Part shown: positions 8,738 to 17,797 of the stretch, in pieces | How positions within the stretch are numbered: position 1 is the stretch's first letter | How the letters are laid out: every line of letters starts with the position of its first letter | Origin: a virus | Strand: one strand, 5' to 3' | Virus record (IMG/VR): IMGVR_UViG_3300022932_000002 | Span: 1-64,000 of that record | DNA: 64,000 nucleotides | Notes under the pieces: generated by a model | Told to the model about the DNA's origin: nothing | Database searches by the model: none | The model's input: the letters and a program-made list of their open reading frames with translations, nothing else | Made by a program: the position numbers and the translations under genes

Positions 8738-9258
8738 ACTAGTACATTGAATTTCTCTGATGCTATTGTTTTAAGCTTATCTAAACTGTCTTTAGGATCT
8801 TCTTGAACCATTGTACTCATTACATCTAAAACAGCGCATAATCCAATGTATTGACCTGTTTTTATATTTTCTGGAATTTCTGTATAAAAATCATACCCCT
8901 CTTCAGATTTGTAAAGAGAATTCTCAAAAGCAAATTCAATTTTCATTAATTCTTCCTTAGTAAATCCTTTTTCTTTGTAGAGATTGTTTAATGCTTTATT
9001 TACTTTCTCTTCTTCTTTTGTTCCTACATAGATCAAACGGTTTTTTGAGTAACCTGCTAATTTTGCAGCTGCACTTGGAACAAAAGTATCATCTCCCCCA
9101 ATTTGTCCGTCTTTAACAGTTGTAAAATGGTGATTCCAAGCACTAGTACCTAATAGCGTACCAACAGCACAGGCGTGACAATATCCATGAAATAATTTAC
9201 CTTTATTATAAGCATCTAATAACTTATCTACTGCATTTAAATATGTTTCTTTTGTCAT
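8734..9258 (-). CDS. hypothetical protein (Cys motif GYCHACAVG)
   Basis: ORF track. Shares a C-A-[IV]-[GA]-type Cys motif with ORFs 14954 and 18673. Confidence 0.65.
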   Translation of the reverse strand: MTKETYLNAVDKLLDAYNKGKLFHGYCHACAVGTLLGTSAWNHHFTTVKDGQIGGDDTFVPSAAAKLAGYSKNRLIYVGTKEEEKVNKALNNLYKEKGFTKEELMKIEFAFENSLYKSEEGYDFYTEIPENIKTGQYIGLCAVLDVMSTMVQEDPKDSLDKLKTIASEKFNVLV

Positions 9259-9277
9259 AATTTGTTTACTATTTTAT

Positions 9278-9571
9278 TTAACATCTAGGAATACCTTCTT
9301 TAGGGTCATACCATCCATGAATACTACTCCATTTATAATCAGGATGAGGTTTATCTTCAGGTTCTTCTGGCAATTTAGTACTATGAATTTGATTTAAAGC
9401 AGTCTGATGTTTCTCATCTCCCATTTGAGGATCAATTTCATGTTTAAATACTAAATTTAAATGATTTTGAATCATTTGTACTTGATTATCAGTCATGGAT
9501 ACTCCTTGGTTATCAGCATTAGATACTTCAAAATATCCCTGCAACCAGTAACAAAAATTTACGCTTGTCAT
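9278..9571 (-). CDS. hypothetical protein
   Basis: ORF track; first gene downstream of ORF-free island A. Confidence 0.6.
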   Translation of the reverse strand: MTSVNFCYWLQGYFEVSNADNQGVSMTDNQVQMIQNHLNLVFKHEIDPQMGDEKHQTALNQIHSTKLPEEPEDKPHPDYKWSSIHGWYDPKEGIPRC

Positions 9572-9931
9572 ATTATTAACTTTAATTTATTTTCTATTAG
9601 CACCTTCAGCATTAAGCGCATTATTCTCATATGCTACTAACTTACTCTCTTAATCTGTAGGGTCACTAGTAGTAAGTGGAATTTTACCACCTCTTTTCAG
9701 CACTCCTTATAAAAGGACTTACTTGCTTTCTCATTGTAAGCTATTACTACTATTGCTGAGAACTCATTTGTGTTGTGCACCTCCATTCATAGTGTACATG
9801 CTCTAGGAGTTCCTTTCTCAAGGGAACAACACATGACAACTTTCATTGCCCATTCTTATTTATACTCGTGTCAATGTTTTCCGAGCTTACTTAGGGGCGC
9901 CAATCTACCAAGTAATTTATTAAATTATTTA

Positions 9932-10312
9932 TTAAAACAATTCTGTTTTCAAAGACTCAAGATAATCAAGAGTTTCCTTAATATACTTCTCATGATCTTT
10001 AGCTCCTTTTAATGCATTTGCCGATTCCTCTGCGATTGCACGAGCATCAAGAATATTCTGTACATTGAAAGGTCTTGCACTTTTATAAACAAGAGTAGCT
10101 GAATCAGCATCTTTCTTTGCAATCTCTTGTCTTTTTACTTGACCTTGTGCTTCAAGTAATTGACTTTTAACTGAAAGAATACCTTGTTCAAGAATATTTT
10201 TTGCTTTCTCTGCTTCTAGTGGAAGCATTTCTGCATTAACTTCTTCTTTAGACTTTTGAATCAAATCAACATATTTTGTTGATGGTTGTGTTGTTGTTCT
10301 AGCTGTTGCCAT
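9932..10312 (-). CDS. hypothetical alpha-helical/coiled-coil protein
   Basis: ORF track. C-terminal ILDARAIAEESANAL resembles ILQARREVALAETNL of ORF 634..927. Confidence 0.65.
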   Translation of the reverse strand: MATARTTTQPSTKYVDLIQKSKEEVNAEMLPLEAEKAKNILEQGILSVKSQLLEAQGQVKRQEIAKKDADSATLVYKSARPFNVQNILDARAIAEESANALKGAKDHEKYIKETLDYLESLKTELF

Positions 10313-10313
10313 A

Positions 10314-11921
10314 TTAAATTGTGATATTAAATTTACTTACTTTTAAAGCAGATACTTTATCTACTACTTGTTTTTTCTTAGGAATTTCTACTCCTGGTAT
10401 TGGTTTGATTTGAACTGTAACTTGGTTCATTGCATATTCTCTGACTGAAGGAATTGATATATTCTCTGGATCAGCTGAAGCCCATTTTGAGGGAATAAAT
10501 TTACCCATTGGTGAATTACCTAAGAATGAATCATAATCAACAATAGGATAATGCATCATATTTTTAGGAGAATCACCTACATGTTTATATATTTCATTAA
10601 GATGATTTGACATTCCTAATACATCGAATCCATTATTCTTACTCTCTTTTTCTACTTTTTTAAAGTATTTGCTATAATCAGTTCCTAAAGTTTTACCTAT
10701 TGCTACTTTAACTTTAGATTCTAATGTTACTATAACTCTGTAAATTTCATGTTCTTCTATATCTATAATTTTAAATGGTTTATTTAATTCTAAACCTCTT
10801 GTACCTGAAGAAACTATTAATCCTCCACTATCATTAAACTCTAAATAATCTCCTACTTTTACATCTTTAGCATCAATATTAGACTTAGATTCTATTGGTG
10901 CAGATACTTTTACAAAATGATCACATCCTGAGCTCCAAGTCCAATCCTCTTTGTCATCTTTAAATTGTACTACTTGCCCATTAGCTTTATATACTGCTTC
11001 TCTCACAGAAGTTATTTGAACTATTTTACCAATATACTTATCCATATCTCGATGCCAGTTCTTATTTGACTTAGTAATCTTAACCCAATCTCCAACTTTA
11101 AATTCTTCAGGATCAGTTTTAGGAATTTCTACATCAAACTCTTTACACCATTCTTCGAAAGAATAGATTTTAGAAATGTATCTTTCAAAATAGCCTCGCG
11201 AACCATATTGAGCAACTATAAGATCTATACAAGTTTTATCTTTATGAGCAGTCTTCAGACTTATATTTTTGCCCCATTTGTATCCTAATTTTTCTGTTAC
11301 AATATCCCACTGTTCTTGAGTTTCACAATGAACTACTTCATACTGGTAATTACTTTTAGCTTTCTTTAAAGCTTCTTCTCTAGGAATAAACTTATTAGCT
11401 TTAATGCAAGCATTTAACCATTGTTTTTCTTCCTTTGAAGCTTCTATTACAGTAAATACTAGAGTTTTACTTGAACAACAAGATCCTTTTCTAGTATAGA
11501 GTCCAGATTCTACATTGATAAAATTAACACTGTTATCTCTTGATCCTTTTCCTAGTACAAAATGCTCTGTAGCCTCAACTATTATTCCTTTTTCATTTCC
11601 TTCAAAAGTAATTTTATAAATTGTTCCAGGAACAATGGTATTAATTTTATTTTCTAAAGTACTAGTATCAAAAGGTTCACCTAATCTATTATACTCAAAA
11701 GCTTCTTCAACTGTAGCATATCTCCATTTAATTCTTCCTTTATTGTCAAATTGACAGTCTGACCAGCCATTCTCCAATCCAGTATCATCTTTATCTACTT
11801 GTAAATAGTAGTTTTCTCTGCTCTTTGAGTTACTTTTGTAACAAAAGTTTAATGAGAATGAACTATTATCAAGATCAATATTAGCTTCAGTTAATACTAT
11901 ATAATCTCCATTTTTAAACAT
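10314..11921 (-). CDS. hypothetical large early protein with repeated K-x-GD-[WY] beta-barrel-like modules
   Basis: 535 aa; FKNGDYIVL, FKVGDWVKI and VKVGDYLEF recur along the protein. Confidence 0.7.
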   Translation of the reverse strand: MFKNGDYIVLTEANIDLDNSSFSLNFCYKSNSKSRENYYLQVDKDDTGLENGWSDCQFDNKGRIKWRYATVEEAFEYNRLGEPFDTSTLENKINTIVPGTIYKITFEGNEKGIIVEATEHFVLGKGSRDNSVNFINVESGLYTRKGSCCSSKTLVFTVIEASKEEKQWLNACIKANKFIPREEALKKAKSNYQYEVVHCETQEQWDIVTEKLGYKWGKNISLKTAHKDKTCIDLIVAQYGSRGYFERYISKIYSFEEWCKEFDVEIPKTDPEEFKVGDWVKITKSNKNWHRDMDKYIGKIVQITSVREAVYKANGQVVQFKDDKEDWTWSSGCDHFVKVSAPIESKSNIDAKDVKVGDYLEFNDSGGLIVSSGTRGLELNKPFKIIDIEEHEIYRVIVTLESKVKVAIGKTLGTDYSKYFKKVEKESKNNGFDVLGMSNHLNEIYKHVGDSPKNMMHYPIVDYDSFLGNSPMGKFIPSKWASADPENISIPSVREYAMNQVTVQIKPIPGVEIPKKKQVVDKVSALKVSKFNITI

Positions 11922-11923
11922 AA

Positions 11924-12859
11924 TTACCTCTTTAAGATTTCAATATATGTACCTCCTTCAGCTTTACCAATTTTTACTTCATAATCAGCATGTACATAAA
12001 ATGCCCTAAGATTAAGTTCCGGTCTTTCAGAAGGCGTAGCCGAATCTAATATTTGAAAAGTTAACTTATTTCCAAATATTTTTTTACTAAGTTCATCTAA
12101 ATCATTTTTTAATGCCTTTTTAAAGGCATTTTTATCTTTAACAGGTCTTGTTAAGAATAGTTCTAGTACTTTAGTCTGAGGAGTATCTGCTGCATGAAAC
12201 ATTTCTTCTGTCTGGTCATTAGTAAAGGTAACTACATCTGAAAATGGATCTTCTCTAGCAATATTTTCTAGTTTAGTTTTCCAACTTGCGCAAGCTACTC
12301 TCCAGATTTCTTTTAATTGTAATTTAGTAATTGTTTGAGTTGTTTCATTATTATTCATAATATTTTCTTTTAATACATATTTCTTAAATTGTTCGAGGGT
12401 AATTTTTACATAGTCTCCAGGTTTTTGACTGTGGTGGCATGTGTGTTTATTTGCTAGATGTTTCCATTTATTTACAAATGGAAAGCAGAATAAGTAATCT
12501 GGGTCAGATAGTTTGGAATAGTCATAACAGTCTTGTTTATTTTCATTGAACCACATCCTAACTATTCCGTCTCTGTCTCCTGGCACACACCATCTCTCAG
12601 GAAGTATAAATTCTTCTTTATCTTCTAAAGCTTCAATGAATTCATCTATGGTTAATCTAGTACATTCCGCAGGAGGCGCATAACAACAAAAAGTTCCATT
12701 ATTATATTTATGTCCATAAAAATAACCTGTAATATTACCTTTCCAAGCACCATGATTAATACTGTTTAAGTAATCAATTACTTTTTTAAATTTTTCACTA
12801 TCAGGTGAATAATCAGGGCATTTTACGGTCCAATATTTTGGTAATTTATTTTGTTTCAT
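11924..12859 (-). CDS. hypothetical protein
   Basis: ORF track; 311 aa, 2-nt gap to the upstream gene; Cys/His/Trp-rich N-terminal half. Confidence 0.7.
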   Translation of the reverse strand: MKQNKLPKYWTVKCPDYSPDSEKFKKVIDYLNSINHGAWKGNITGYFYGHKYNNGTFCCYAPPAECTRLTIDEFIEALEDKEEFILPERWCVPGDRDGIVRMWFNENKQDCYDYSKLSDPDYLFCFPFVNKWKHLANKHTCHHSQKPGDYVKITLEQFKKYVLKENIMNNNETTQTITKLQLKEIWRVACASWKTKLENIAREDPFSDVVTFTNDQTEEMFHAADTPQTKVLELFLTRPVKDKNAFKKALKNDLDELSKKIFGNKLTFQILDSATPSERPELNLRAFYVHADYEVKIGKAEGGTYIEILKR

Positions 12860-12869
12860 GATAATATTT

Positions 12870-13052
12870 TTATGATTTTAAAAAGTAAAATAATGACCAA
12901 CAGATTATTGTTAATTTTGACCAAAATAAGATCTCATCACTTAATTTTCTTATATCTGGTTGTATCTTACAAATCAATGATAGATATTTATTTAATAATC
13001 CTAGAATAGATAGCAATGCCGCAGCAAAGACAATTGTTTCAAATATTTTCAT
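12870..13052 (-). CDS. hypothetical small membrane protein
   Basis: ORF 12870..13103 trimmed to MKIFETIVFAAALL at 13052; two hydrophobic helices. Confidence 0.5.
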   Translation of the reverse strand: MKIFETIVFAAALLSILGLLNKYLSLICKIQPDIRKLSDEILFWSKLTIICWSLFYFLKS

Positions 13053-13054
13053 GT

Positions 13055-13216
13055 TCAATGATTTAAAAAGTAAAAGATTATCCAAAAGGTAGCAGATAAC
13101 CATAATATTCTAGCTTCACCAGTAGTATTTGGTTTGTTTGTAACCCAGGTATTAATTACCGTAACAACACTATAAATAGATGTTAGAAATGCTAATGCAA
13201 ATATTAATGTGTTCAT
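13055..13216 (-). CDS. hypothetical small membrane protein (53 aa)
   Basis: Hand-found ORF MNTLIFALAFLTSIYSVVTV...; its stop lies 2 nt before the next start. Confidence 0.45.
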   Translation of the reverse strand: MNTLIFALAFLTSIYSVVTVINTWVTNKPNTTGEARILWLSATFWIIFYFLNH

Positions 13217-13643
13217 ATATTTTAATTTTAAATTATTTAAAAATTTATTAATAAATATTAAACAAGTACTGAATCACTCTACTTAGTTAATTTGTAATTA
13301 AGTTTCAAGTTCACAGATTTTCAGCTAATAATATAAAAAACTCTACTCCTCAGCAATTAGCCTCCGGGACATTACATATATTAGTGCTTTCTCGCTACGA
13401 CTATGACGGTTTGTTTAATATTTATTATAATAAAGAACTAATCCCAATATCTCTCAACTTATACAAGTTCTATTGAGGTTGTTTAATACTAAGTATATAG
13501 ACTAATTCTCTCATTATAAACTTTTAATTATAATACTTAACTCTATTGCAAACTAATGCAGCTAGGTATTGTTGACAGAGAATCTGCTCTTCTCTGAGCT
13601 TTTCTCTTTTTGTTTTAACATCTTTCATATCATTTAGATTTAG

Positions 13644-13769
13644 TTAGTCTCTATCATATTCACAGTTTGAACAATACCCTCCTGAAAATGTATAATCTCC
13701 ACATTTAGGACATTCGCAAGTATCAAAGTCAGGATCTCCTAGCCTATAAAATTTAATAATTTTTGTCAT
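13644..13769 (-). CDS. hypothetical zinc-ribbon-like small protein (41 aa)
   Basis: Hand-found ORF MTKIIKFYRLGDPDFDTCECPKCGDYTFSGGYCSNCEYDRD with CxC-x2-C ... C-x2-C; starts 2 nt after the upstream stop. Confidence 0.5.
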   Translation of the reverse strand: MTKIIKFYRLGDPDFDTCECPKCGDYTFSGGYCSNCEYDRD

Positions 13770-13771
13770 AT

Positions 13772-14503
13772 CTATTTCTTTTTAGGTACTAGATAATATT
13801 TAATTAGATAATCTAGGAAATTAGCTTCATCTGAAAAACCTTCTGGTACTTCATTTGAGGCATAGTATTCTTGTAGAATATCATCCCAACTCTCTCTTAC
13901 TTTCTTAATTGTGATAGTGTTGTCTGAAGCTACTTTGACTTTAGTATGTTGATTGAGATTATATTCTTCATCAGAAAAAACATCTTTTACTTTTTGATCT
14001 AAAATCCAAATTTCATCTAAATCATAATTTTCTGATGATTCAATTCTTGTAGCAACTTGAATTTCAATCAACACCTCTTCGATCTTTCCTTGTTCTTCAA
14101 CGTACTTCTGAATAAAAGCATCTGATGGTCTTGATAATGGCTCATTCCAAGCTGCTGGCCCACTTTCTTTATACATTGTTAAAGAAGAGTCAGTCGTTGC
14201 AATGATTTTCTTAGCTTCTTTATTTCCTTCTACTAAATCGGAGTTATGTTTAGTTTTTTGGAGTATATAATCAACCCCGTCAAAGTACCAATCACCTACT
14301 TTAATCTCTTCATCTGAAAGGAAGTAGAGATACTGAGGCGTAAAATTTCCTTCTCCTGCTATAGGATGAATATACGGTCTACTATTGGTCACATTAAACC
14401 AAATATGCCCTCCGTCTTGTACTGCGTGTTCAGTAGGCAACATCACTACCTTGCTTTTCATGTAGAATTTCCCATCTACTCTTTGGATTAAATCTGATTT
14501 CAT
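13772..14503 (-). CDS. hypothetical protein
   Basis: ORF track; 243 aa. Confidence 0.65.
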   Translation of the reverse strand: MKSDLIQRVDGKFYMKSKVVMLPTEHAVQDGGHIWFNVTNSRPYIHPIAGEGNFTPQYLYFLSDEEIKVGDWYFDGVDYILQKTKHNSDLVEGNKEAKKIIATTDSSLTMYKESGPAAWNEPLSRPSDAFIQKYVEEQGKIEEVLIEIQVATRIESSENYDLDEIWILDQKVKDVFSDEEYNLNQHTKVKVASDNTITIKKVRESWDDILQEYYASNEVPEGFSDEANFLDYLIKYYLVPKKK

Positions 14504-14529
14504 AAATTTGGATTTAAATTGTTAGTATT

Positions 14530-14706
14530 TTATTCTTCTATCATTTTTGAACCTGCTACGCAAATAATAAGAGTAATTGCTGATGTAGCAAGTACTCTTA
14601 ACCATAAACTTGGATTTTCTGTCCAAATTAAAGTGAAAATAGATATGATTATACAAGCAAATGCACTTAAACCTATACGCATAAATAATATTTCTAATCT
14701 TTTCAT
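14530..14706 (-). CDS. hypothetical small membrane protein (58 aa)
   Basis: Hand-found frame MKRLEILFMRIGLSAFACIIISIFTLIW... with two TM helices. Preferred over the implausible track ORFs 14522..14716(-) and 14519..14770(+). Confidence 0.5.
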   Translation of the reverse strand: MKRLEILFMRIGLSAFACIIISIFTLIWTENPSLWLRVLATSAITLIICVAGSKMIEE

Positions 14707-14708
14707 GT

Positions 14709-14957
14709 TTAATCAATTTTACGATAAATGCTTCCTTCTATTTGTTGATATTGAGCTGCTGGTTCTTTAGGTTTTGAAAACCTTTCTCCTATAAAAACTA
14801 TACTTATCATAATAAATAAAGCTGTTAAGAATAGACAAGGAATAACAATCAACGGTTTCAAGTATTCTTTTATATCAGTGCTTACGATATAATTTGCCAT
14901 TAAGGAGCCTTGTACAACACAAAATATTCCTGCTAATATAAATATTGTAAGTATCAT
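14709..14957 (-). CDS. hypothetical membrane protein
   Basis: Two hydrophobic helices; 4-nt overlap with the upstream gene. Confidence 0.6.
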   Translation of the reverse strand: MILTIFILAGIFCVVQGSLMANYIVSTDIKEYLKPLIVIPCLFLTALFIMISIVFIGERFSKPKEPAAQYQQIEGSIYRKID

Positions 14958-15313
14958 ACTAATTCAAGTGTTTGTGATTGGTTAATAATACTTGTTAGCT
15001 CTGTAATATCAACAGTTTCTAAATAAGCTTCAGGAACCTTAATTTCAAACTTTAGTTCGGGAAGACCAAGACGTTGTTGTGGAGTTTTAAAATATGAATC
15101 AAATAGTCTAATAAAGTTTTTTGCTTCAATTGGAAGGTAGGCAATAAACCTAATGTCACCTTCTAAATAAATTCGATGCCCTACAATAGCTTTTGGAAAA
15201 ATTTCTCGTACAGCCAACGCAATAGCACAGTTTTCACCTACATTATCATCCTTGACTCCACACATCATACTTTTACGAAGTGTTTCTTTTGTCACTTTAA
15301 TTTTTAGTTTCAT
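14954..15313 (-). CDS. hypothetical protein (Cys motif GENCAIALAV)
   Basis: ORF track. Confidence 0.6.
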   Translation of the reverse strand: MKLKIKVTKETLRKSMMCGVKDDNVGENCAIALAVREIFPKAIVGHRIYLEGDIRFIAYLPIEAKNFIRLFDSYFKTPQQRLGLPELKFEIKVPEAYLETVDITELTSIINQSQTLELV

Positions 15314-15316
15314 AGC

Positions 15317-15541
15317 TTAATGTTTAAATGATTTTCTTTTAAATTTAATTCTACCAGAAAGATATTTTACCTCATAAATAATTATTGTCTTTTTATAGAT
15401 AACCCGATGATGATCATCACATTCTAAAAAGGTTTCTCTAATAACTTCTTTCATTTCTTGAATATCCCAATAACCATCAAGATACTTTGTTAAAAGAATT
15501 GCTCCGATTGTTAAGATTATAAGTATTACTATAAGTGTCAT
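15317..15541 (-). CDS. hypothetical N-terminally anchored membrane protein
   Basis: MTLIVILIILTIGAILLT hydrophobic N-terminus. Confidence 0.6.
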   Translation of the reverse strand: MTLIVILIILTIGAILLTKYLDGYWDIQEMKEVIRETFLECDDHHRVIYKKTIIIYEVKYLSGRIKFKRKSFKH

Positions 15542-15543
15542 AA

Positions 15544-15789
15544 TTATTTAATATTAGTTAGTGGGTATGCATTTAAAATAGATGATGTGCAAACTCTTGC
15601 AGGATCACTTGGTAAATGTCGAGAATCACTTCTAAACCCACCTCCTTTTATTTCACCCTTTTCACTTGCTGCCTTTAATGCTGATTGCACATGATGTTTT
15701 GTAAAGGCTACAATTTTATCTGTAAATAAATGAGCATAATAAGGATCTAAACCTTCAAAAATGTCATTCAATGTTTTAGTATTCTCCAT
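15544..15789 (-). CDS. hypothetical protein
   Basis: ORF 15544..15843 trimmed to MENTKTLNDIF at 15789; the longer N-terminus (MVTGSNPVS) is a translation of a tRNA T-arm. Confidence 0.55.
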   Translation of the reverse strand: MENTKTLNDIFEGLDPYYAHLFTDKIVAFTKHHVQSALKAASEKGEIKGGGFRSDSRHLPSDPARVCTSSILNAYPLTNIK

Positions 15790-15811
15790 AGTTTTATTAT
15801 TTAAGTTATTT

Positions 15812-15922
15812 GTGAGGGAGACAGGATTCGAACCTGTGACCATAACCCTGCCCTTACGGGTGATCCTCTTTCGTAGGTTTTATACCAAAGCTCTACCACT
15901 GAGCTACATTACATATCCACCT
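15812..15922 (-). ncRNA. aberrant tRNA-like element (possible tRNA pseudogene or fused tRNA halves)
   Basis: Canonical D arm GCTC-AGTGGTA-GAGC (plus 15890-15904) and T arm ACAGG-TTCGAAT-CCTGT (plus 15821-15837). The spacer is 52 nt and the acceptor halves TGTAATG and CTCCCTC cannot pair. I could not find a normal anticodon arm. Confidence 0.5.
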
Positions 15923-15927
15923 ATTTC

Positions 15928-16791
15928 TTATTCAGCAACAGCAGCAGTAGGCGCTGGGATATTTGTTACACTAACTTTAGTAGCTCCTGCTCTAGCAACC
16001 ATGATATCTTTAGCAATGTCTTGAATACCTCTACTTTCATAGATTTTCATTGCTGTAGAAATATCAATAGCCTGGCGTGTTTGCTCATCTAAGTCAAATG
16101 TAAGAGTGATAAAGTTTAATTGAACTCCTAGTTTACCTAAGACTTCATTAGCTTTCTCATGTAATTCATCCTCAAGCTTACTTTGGTCAATCTCAACAAT
16201 ATCTTCAAGAATAAACATTTCTTTACTAATGTCTTTGATTCTTTTGTCAATTACCATATTTTCAGCACCTTCAAATGCACTGTCGTCAGGTTCATCTCCA
16301 TCAGAATTAGCTTTACCAAGATACTTAGCTTGTTTAATAAAGAGGAGAGGATCTGTGATTGTGTAATCATAGTCAATTTCAACTGATGCTCTTACTCTAC
16401 CTTTCAAGTTAGTAATAAAGTTAGCGGCTCCCTGCATTGGATAATTAGGGATAATTACTTTCATAAAGCAATAATTACCTACACCTTTAGGAACACTTTC
16501 TCCAGCACTGATCTTTTCCCAAGTAACGCCACAGTCAGTAGATACAACTACTTGTTGATTTGATTTGGCATGTTGACATGATGCTGTGACTAACATCAAG
16601 CCTGTTACTACAAAAATATAGTGTTTACAGAATTGAAACAATAGTGCTATTGCTAGCATGATACCTAGAGTTACAAAAGCTACTGAAACAAAACCAGCAT
16701 GTTCAAACCAATTAGTTTGAAATAGTTTAAATACTCCAAATCCAAGGAGTGTTGTAATAAATAGTACTGTGATAATGATTACTTTCTTCAT
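15928..16791 (-). CDS. membrane-anchored SPFH/band-7 (stomatin/prohibitin-like) domain protein
   Basis: N-terminal hydrophobic helices plus a possible lipobox LVTASC. The rest has SPFH-like layout (ASVEIDYDYTITDPLLFI ... LGVQLNFITLTFDLDEQTRQAID). Confidence 0.5.
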   Translation of the reverse strand: MKKVIIITVLFITTLLGFGVFKLFQTNWFEHAGFVSVAFVTLGIMLAIALLFQFCKHYIFVVTGLMLVTASCQHAKSNQQVVVSTDCGVTWEKISAGESVPKGVGNYCFMKVIIPNYPMQGAANFITNLKGRVRASVEIDYDYTITDPLLFIKQAKYLGKANSDGDEPDDSAFEGAENMVIDKRIKDISKEMFILEDIVEIDQSKLEDELHEKANEVLGKLGVQLNFITLTFDLDEQTRQAIDISTAMKIYESRGIQDIAKDIMVARAGATKVSVTNIPAPTAAVAE

Positions 16792-16832
16792 ATTTGTTTT
16801 TATTGTTTAATTATTATTTATAAATCTTAATG

Positions 16833-17507
16833 TTATAATGTAAATATATTACCATTACTGCTTAATGATCCAAACTTATTATCAGTTACTACTGATCCAT
16901 TACTGAATATAGTGTCACAGATAGAAAGTTTTAAAGTGCCAGCATTAATAATATCTTCATTATTATGAATATGCCCTGATAAAAATAGTTTAGGGTTAAT
17001 TCTATTCAATACATGATTTCTTAATGATTTGCATCCACAGTATTCTAATTCACCATTCACAGCATAAGATAAATCTAAAATGCCTTTTGGTGGTCCATGT
17101 ACTACTAATACATCAACTTTAGGTATTTGTGCCCATACAGCATCTAACTTGTGTCTAGCTTTCATAAAGGCCCAGTCTCCATAATTAGGTGTTATTGGAC
17201 TACCATAAATTTTAATATTGTCAATTATAATCATTTCACTTTCTAGATAAGTAATTCCTACAGATTCAAAATTGTCTTTAGTGATGAGACCTTTTTCAAT
17301 TGATGTATCATGATTACCAGCAACATATATTTTATGTTTAATAGGTAATTTTGAGTACCAAGTAATAAAATCTCTTACTTCTCCTTCATTTCTATAAGGA
17401 TCTCTGTAATTACTACAATCTCCTGAATGAATAACTATGTCAATATTATCAGGTACTTTCAGTAAGTTGTGATAACTATGTGTATCACTTATGTGCCATA
17501 TATTCAT
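16833..17507 (-). CDS. calcineurin-like metallophosphoesterase
   Basis: Motifs ISDTH, GDCSNY, GNHD, VVHGPP, GHIHN in canonical order. Confidence 0.85.
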   Translation of the reverse strand: MNIWHISDTHSYHNLLKVPDNIDIVIHSGDCSNYRDPYRNEGEVRDFITWYSKLPIKHKIYVAGNHDTSIEKGLITKDNFESVGITYLESEMIIIDNIKIYGSPITPNYGDWAFMKARHKLDAVWAQIPKVDVLVVHGPPKGILDLSYAVNGELEYCGCKSLRNHVLNRINPKLFLSGHIHNNEDIINAGTLKLSICDTIFSNGSVVTDNKFGSLSSNGNIFTL

Positions 17508-17797
17508 ATTTTATTTTCTAATCTTTTAATTGTTTTCTCAATTAGCGCTATTCTTTTTGCTTTACCTGTTACAGTTGCGCCTGATTCAAGCCAAAAATAA
17601 TCATTTTTAAGAAACAGTCCTTTTAAACCTAATGATCTCTTAAGTACCTTTAATATTTTTTTAAGCTCTTCATCAAGCTTTAATTTGTGAGTAAAATACC
17701 AACAAAATCCTATACATGTAAAATTATTTGTTTCTTCTTTCCAATCTTCTAGTGCTTCGTGAAGTATTTGTAATTTTCTTTCTTTAGTCATATTCAA
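17504..17797 (-). CDS. hypothetical protein, paralogue family member
   Basis: KERKLQILHEALEDW...GFCWY parallels the next ORF (RKRKLQIFKLMLEDW...GFCHY). Confidence 0.6.
   Translation of the reverse strand: MNMTKERKLQILHEALEDWKEETNNFTCIGFCWYFTHKLKLDEELKKILKVLKRSLGLKGLFLKNDYFWLESGATVTGKAKRIALIEKTIKRLENKI

Noticed and set aside
14519-14770. Track ORFs 14519..14770(+) and 14522..14716(-).
   Set aside because: Both have implausible composition. A third frame on the minus strand (14530..14706) encodes a clean two-TM 58-aa protein that fits the start/stop chaining with its neighbours.
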